A stretch of DNA of 64,000 nucleotides, taken from contig CM035361.1 of NCBI GenBank assembly GCA_020137815.1, forward strand, positions 5,270,001 to 5,334,000, written 5' to 3'. The position numbers were made by a program, and so were the translations under genes. Below are positions 59,860 to 64,000 of this stretch, in pieces; within the stretch, counting starts at the first letter, position 1, and each line of letters begins with the position of its first letter. Source of the DNA: Hormiphora californensis (lineage: Eukaryota > Animalia > Ctenophora). The notes beneath the pieces are model-generated. The model ran no database searches. It was given only the letters and a program-made list of their open reading frames with translations, and was not told where the DNA came from.

Positions 59860-61200
59860 ATTGACCACCCCCTCCCGTCCCTCATCCTCCACATAAAAAA
59901 TAAGGGAGTTTGGTTGTTTTGGTTCAAAATTCGATTTGGTTATAAGGTTATTCTGGAACACTATTTATCCACTTTATAAAATATAAAGGTAAAAGGATTT
60001 AAAATTTTAAAAAAAGGTGTGTTTAATTTAAAGTCTTTAACGTGAAAAGGGAATGGGATACAACAGATCCCCAAAAGGGGAGGTTCGCCTTATTGGATAA
60101 CAGGAACGGCTGTCTTCGGGTCTCATAAACCTTAAGGGAAGGGGTAGGGGGGGGGGCCATGGAAAAGGGAAAGGGGAGGGGGGGAAAAGGAAAGGGGGGG
60201 AAGGAGTTTAGAAAGGTTGAGGAGCGGGGGAGGGGGGGGGGGGGGGGAGAGAAGGGGGAGGAGGAAGGGGGGGGGGGGGGAGGAGAGGGGAGGAAGGGAA
60301 AAAAAGACAGTGGGAAAAGGGGAAAAGGGGGAAAAAAAAGGGGGAAGGGGGGGGAAAAGGGGGGGGGAAAAAAAAATTTCCGTTTTTCCCGGGGGGTTAA
60401 AAAAGGGGAGAACAAGGGAAAGAGGGGGGGGGAAAAGATGTTTTTAAAAATTTTTTTTTCCCCTTTTTTTCCTTTTTGTTTTAAAAAAAACCCTTTTTGG
60501 TTAAAATTTTTTTTTCCAATTTTAAAAAGGGGGGAAAAAAATTTTTTTAAAAAACCCAAAAACTTTTTTTGGCTAAAGGGGGAACTGGCTAATATTAAGG
60601 GGTTTATAAAAGGGGCTTTTCCTTCCTTTTAATCCCTTAGTTCAAAACAAAAATTTATCCGGAATGGAAGAGGGGGTCTTGTTTTCCCCCTTTCCCCGGG
60701 GGTTTTAAAGGAACGGCTCTTTTTTTTAAACTGTGGGGTTTGGGTGGCTTTAAGGGGGGGGTTTTGGGGGGGAAAGGGGTTTTAGTTTTTATGGGCAATG
60801 GGGAAAGGGGGCGGGGCCTTGAACCGGTGAAGATCTAAAAAGTTTTAAAGGGGGGGGGCAGAGAGGGGGGGGGAAAAAGAGGGAGGAGAGGGGTGGTGGA
60901 GAGAGGGAGAGGGGAAAAGGGGGTGGTGGAGTGGGGACCGGGAGGGGAGATTTTTTGGGGACGGATGAAGAGAAGGAGAGGCGAGAGAGGGAGGGGGGGA
61001 AGGGGGAAAGGGGATTTTATTTCTTTTCCACCCCTTCTTTTCCCAATGCCCTTTTTTTATTAATTTAATGGGAAGGTTTTGGTAATTTTAAAGTGGCGGG
61101 AAGGAAGAGGGGGTGGCTTCAAAAATGGGCGCCCCCATAGAAGGCCCTGCAAAAGAAGCTGATTATTAAAACCTCCCTTTCCTCCTCTTCATTCTTTCTT
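59860..61200. other. Low-quality homopolymer-dominated sequence
   Basis: G/A/T runs; mirror image in composition of 1710-2990. Confidence 0.8.
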
Positions 61201-61815
61201 ATCCTTCTTCCTTCTCTTCTCTCTCTCTCTTTCTCTTCTCTTTCCTTTCTTTTCTTTATAGTGCGCCGGGACGGAAGCCAACTTTAGAGCAGCTACGTTA
61301 TACCCCCTAGGGTCAGCCAGCATACATTATCCAAATCTCTCCGTTTTCTCTCTCTTTCTCCGATGGTCTCTTTCTCTCTCGCTTTCTCTGATGGTCTCTC
61401 GCTGCGTGTTCGTTGTCTCAAAGTCATCCATTGGCCTTCTTTCATTCGCCCTATCTCTCCTCCTATAGTTCAGTTGGTTATCAATACTATAGCTTCTATT
61501 TGTTGGCATGGTATTTGGAGTATTGCCAAATCGATTGCTACACAGTCCATGATCTTCATTTCACTGTCCTTCAACTGCTTTCTTGGCACTTGTCCATATT
61601 GATAGAGCCCTCAAATATAAAATGACAGGCGACAGCTAAGTATTTATATATATTCCCAGACGATCATTTTAAGAGAAAGCTATCATACCAACGAATATAA
61701 ATAACATTGTCTGCAATCTACAGATCTTAGTTTAGCTCACCCACTCTCGAAGTAAATAATATGTATTTTCGTCTCCCCTCCGAGGTCACAGGTAAACTCT
61801 ATCATTATCTCCCCC

Positions 61816-61881
<66 letters not shown>

Positions 61882-62393
61882 CGTGACCCACTTTGACAAC
61901 CCTATGAAATAATTTAGAAATAATGATCGCTTTTATAAGCAAAGCTATCATCCTATCTTCTATATTTAACTTTTAAAACCTAAGTTTTGCTGATCGGACC
62001 ACCCTTGAAGGGTATTTTGTCTTGTTTAAAAGTAAGTCAGATTTAGTAGCCGATTTTATTTTGTACTACTATACTATCACCCGGTCCTATTACAAATTGT
62101 CCAGTGTCCTAAAACAAGTTGTTAATCAAAATTCCAAGGTTGGTCCCCAAGCGACAAGCACCCCCTTTTGGGTTTTATATATCTGCTAGGGTTGCTTACT
62201 CCGGCGTTTATACTCCGTTGTTTATACTCCGGCCTTGAACAGGTCACACCCGCTTTGGCAGTCTCCTGCCTGGCAGTTGAATAGGACAAACTGTTTGAAA
62301 GTGGCTTTGGCTGTCCCCTGGCGGCGGTCTCGGCTTCTTCTAGACGTTCTAGTGAGACGGTCACGGATACTATAAATACACATACCAGACGCT

Positions 62394-62478
<85 letters not shown>

Positions 62479-62577
62479 CTGAGCTCCCCTTCTAAAAATA
62501 ACCACCGCTTCCTTGCCTACCTCGCCACCAACTCTCCCTCAGACCTCCGTTTCTCCCACCCACAATTGGCCCTCCCC

Positions 62578-62670
62578 TCCCACGTGACTTTATCACGTGA
62601 CAACCACATCCTGTCCTCTCATTGGCTATCACAGGTCACGTGACTGAAATACTCCCTTCCCATTGGCTAT
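62578..62670. promoter_or_regulatory. Cluster of three CACGTGAC E-boxes and two CCAAT boxes
   Basis: ccacgtgac, tcacgtgac, attggct, gtcacgtgac and attggct within ~90 bp. Confidence 0.45.
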
Positions 62671-62800
62671 GTCTGCCCTGACTTCCTTCTCAGGCTAGAC
62701 TGCCAAACACTGCGCCGTCTCGAGGAGGAGCACCTGTAGATGAGAGACGGGGTTGTTGTTGCTTGTGGTGTTACCGGCCCCCCGATGTTATACTTGTTAC

Positions 62801-62926
62801 TGGGTCTCTTACTTGTTAGGTGTGGGTCATGTCTCTTACTTGTTCAATGTGGGTCATGTCTCTTACTTGTTCAATGTGGGTCATGTCTCTTACTTGTTCA
62901 ATGTGGGTCATGTCTCTTACTTGTTA
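62801..62926. repeat. 27-bp x4 repeat containing a minus-strand GTAAG donor
   Basis: tgggtcatgtctcttacttgttcaatg. Confidence 0.8.
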
Positions 62927-64000
62927 GATGTATGTCTGGTGTGTTTGAAACCATTAGACTAACAACACAGTCAAGTGAGAACCAGACTTGTTGGGACACA
63001 ACAGGAACCGACCGGACAAGTAAACAACCAATCAGAGCTCATTATTTAGGTCACGTGACTGGTTATCAGCCAATCAGAGACCAGTATTTCCTGATTCGGT
63101 CGGTTCCTGGGACACAGCTTGTCTGGAAACTGTTACTGTTACTAGCTAGTCAGTGTCTGGACGTGGGTATCCGAGTTTCCCTAAATACTGGAGTTTCTGA
63201 AGGTTGTTACCTCCAGGCAGGAACTAAACCGACCGAATCAGGAAATACTGATCCCTGATTGGCTGATAACCAGTCACGTGACCTAAATAACGAGCTCTGA
63301 TTGGTTGGTTACTTGGTCCGGTCGGTTCCTGCCTCCGGGCTCCGGTGCTTTCGACAAGTTTACGAGTTGTTCTCGTTACGTATGAAAGGAATATAAAGTA
63401 GGAAAGTCTAGTCTGAGAAAGATTCAACTTTTGCTACCAATTGAACCGTTGTTCCACCTTTCTGCAAGAACCAGTGACCCCTGATCAGTATCGGTAATAT
63501 ATCTGTATAGGCCTTGTTATGTTCTAACCCTCTACTCCTTTACATTTGGGGCACGGGGAAACAGGGTCGAGCAGGCAATATATAGACCCGGAAGCGGGGC
63601 AGTGGTGGTTCAGTAGTAGTCACGTTGTTACCCCTCTCACCATGTGTGATTGTTGTTTTAACACATTCCTCGGTCAGCCAGTAGGCCACAACACCACCCC
63701 CACCCCCCGCCACAACTAGGAAAATGCACCCCTCCCCTGGCCAAGCTCTGGGTTCATGGTTTGTCATGGCCTTGTTATTGTACTAACTTTATCCTAACAT
63801 AACTCTTCTGAAAGACAAAATCATGTGATCTTATAGAAAGGTTAGATCGATCTTGAAGACACATGCTAATAACTGTTCTTGTTGTAAGGTACGTGGCTTT
63901 GAAAAGAAAATTGAGAGTTTTATCATTTTTTAAGCATGTTGCCTTGTTAGTTTTTCTTGGAAATTGAGAACAATTGAGAACTTTTAGAGCATGTAACTGC

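Overview
Intron-rich animal genomic DNA. The repeat landscape, splice acceptors just before start codons and nested genes suggest a ctenophore or similar invertebrate (inference). Genes reconstructed by hand: a TXNDC15-like gene (+), then an unbroken run of minus-strand genes. In window order these are a 23-exon glycogen phosphorylase (~843 aa), three small secreted lectin/pentraxin-like genes, a single-pass membrane protein, a pentraxin-type adhesion GPCR, CRIPT, PAN3, RPL14 and a poorly resolved gene. Highlights: (1) an intronless PAN3 lies inside CRIPT intron 2 on the same strand, with an acceptor that would fuse it in frame to CRIPT exons 1-2, and CRIPT starts only 161 nt after the RPL14 stop (operon-like). 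(2) Many tandem repeats are built from exon-intron junctions, giving up to ~37 near-identical decoy splice sites. (3) A 109-bp hAT-like MITE (13 copies) lies within 8-17 nt of splice donors in 6 cases and supplies an acceptor in one. (4) A Penelope-type hammerhead ribozyme lies in a 352-bp insertion that interrupts a lectin exon. The window also holds many MITEs, Helitrons and LINE fragments. Two blocks (~1.7-3.0 kb, ~59.9-61.2 kb) look like consensus failure, and +1 homopolymer errors frameshift several genes.
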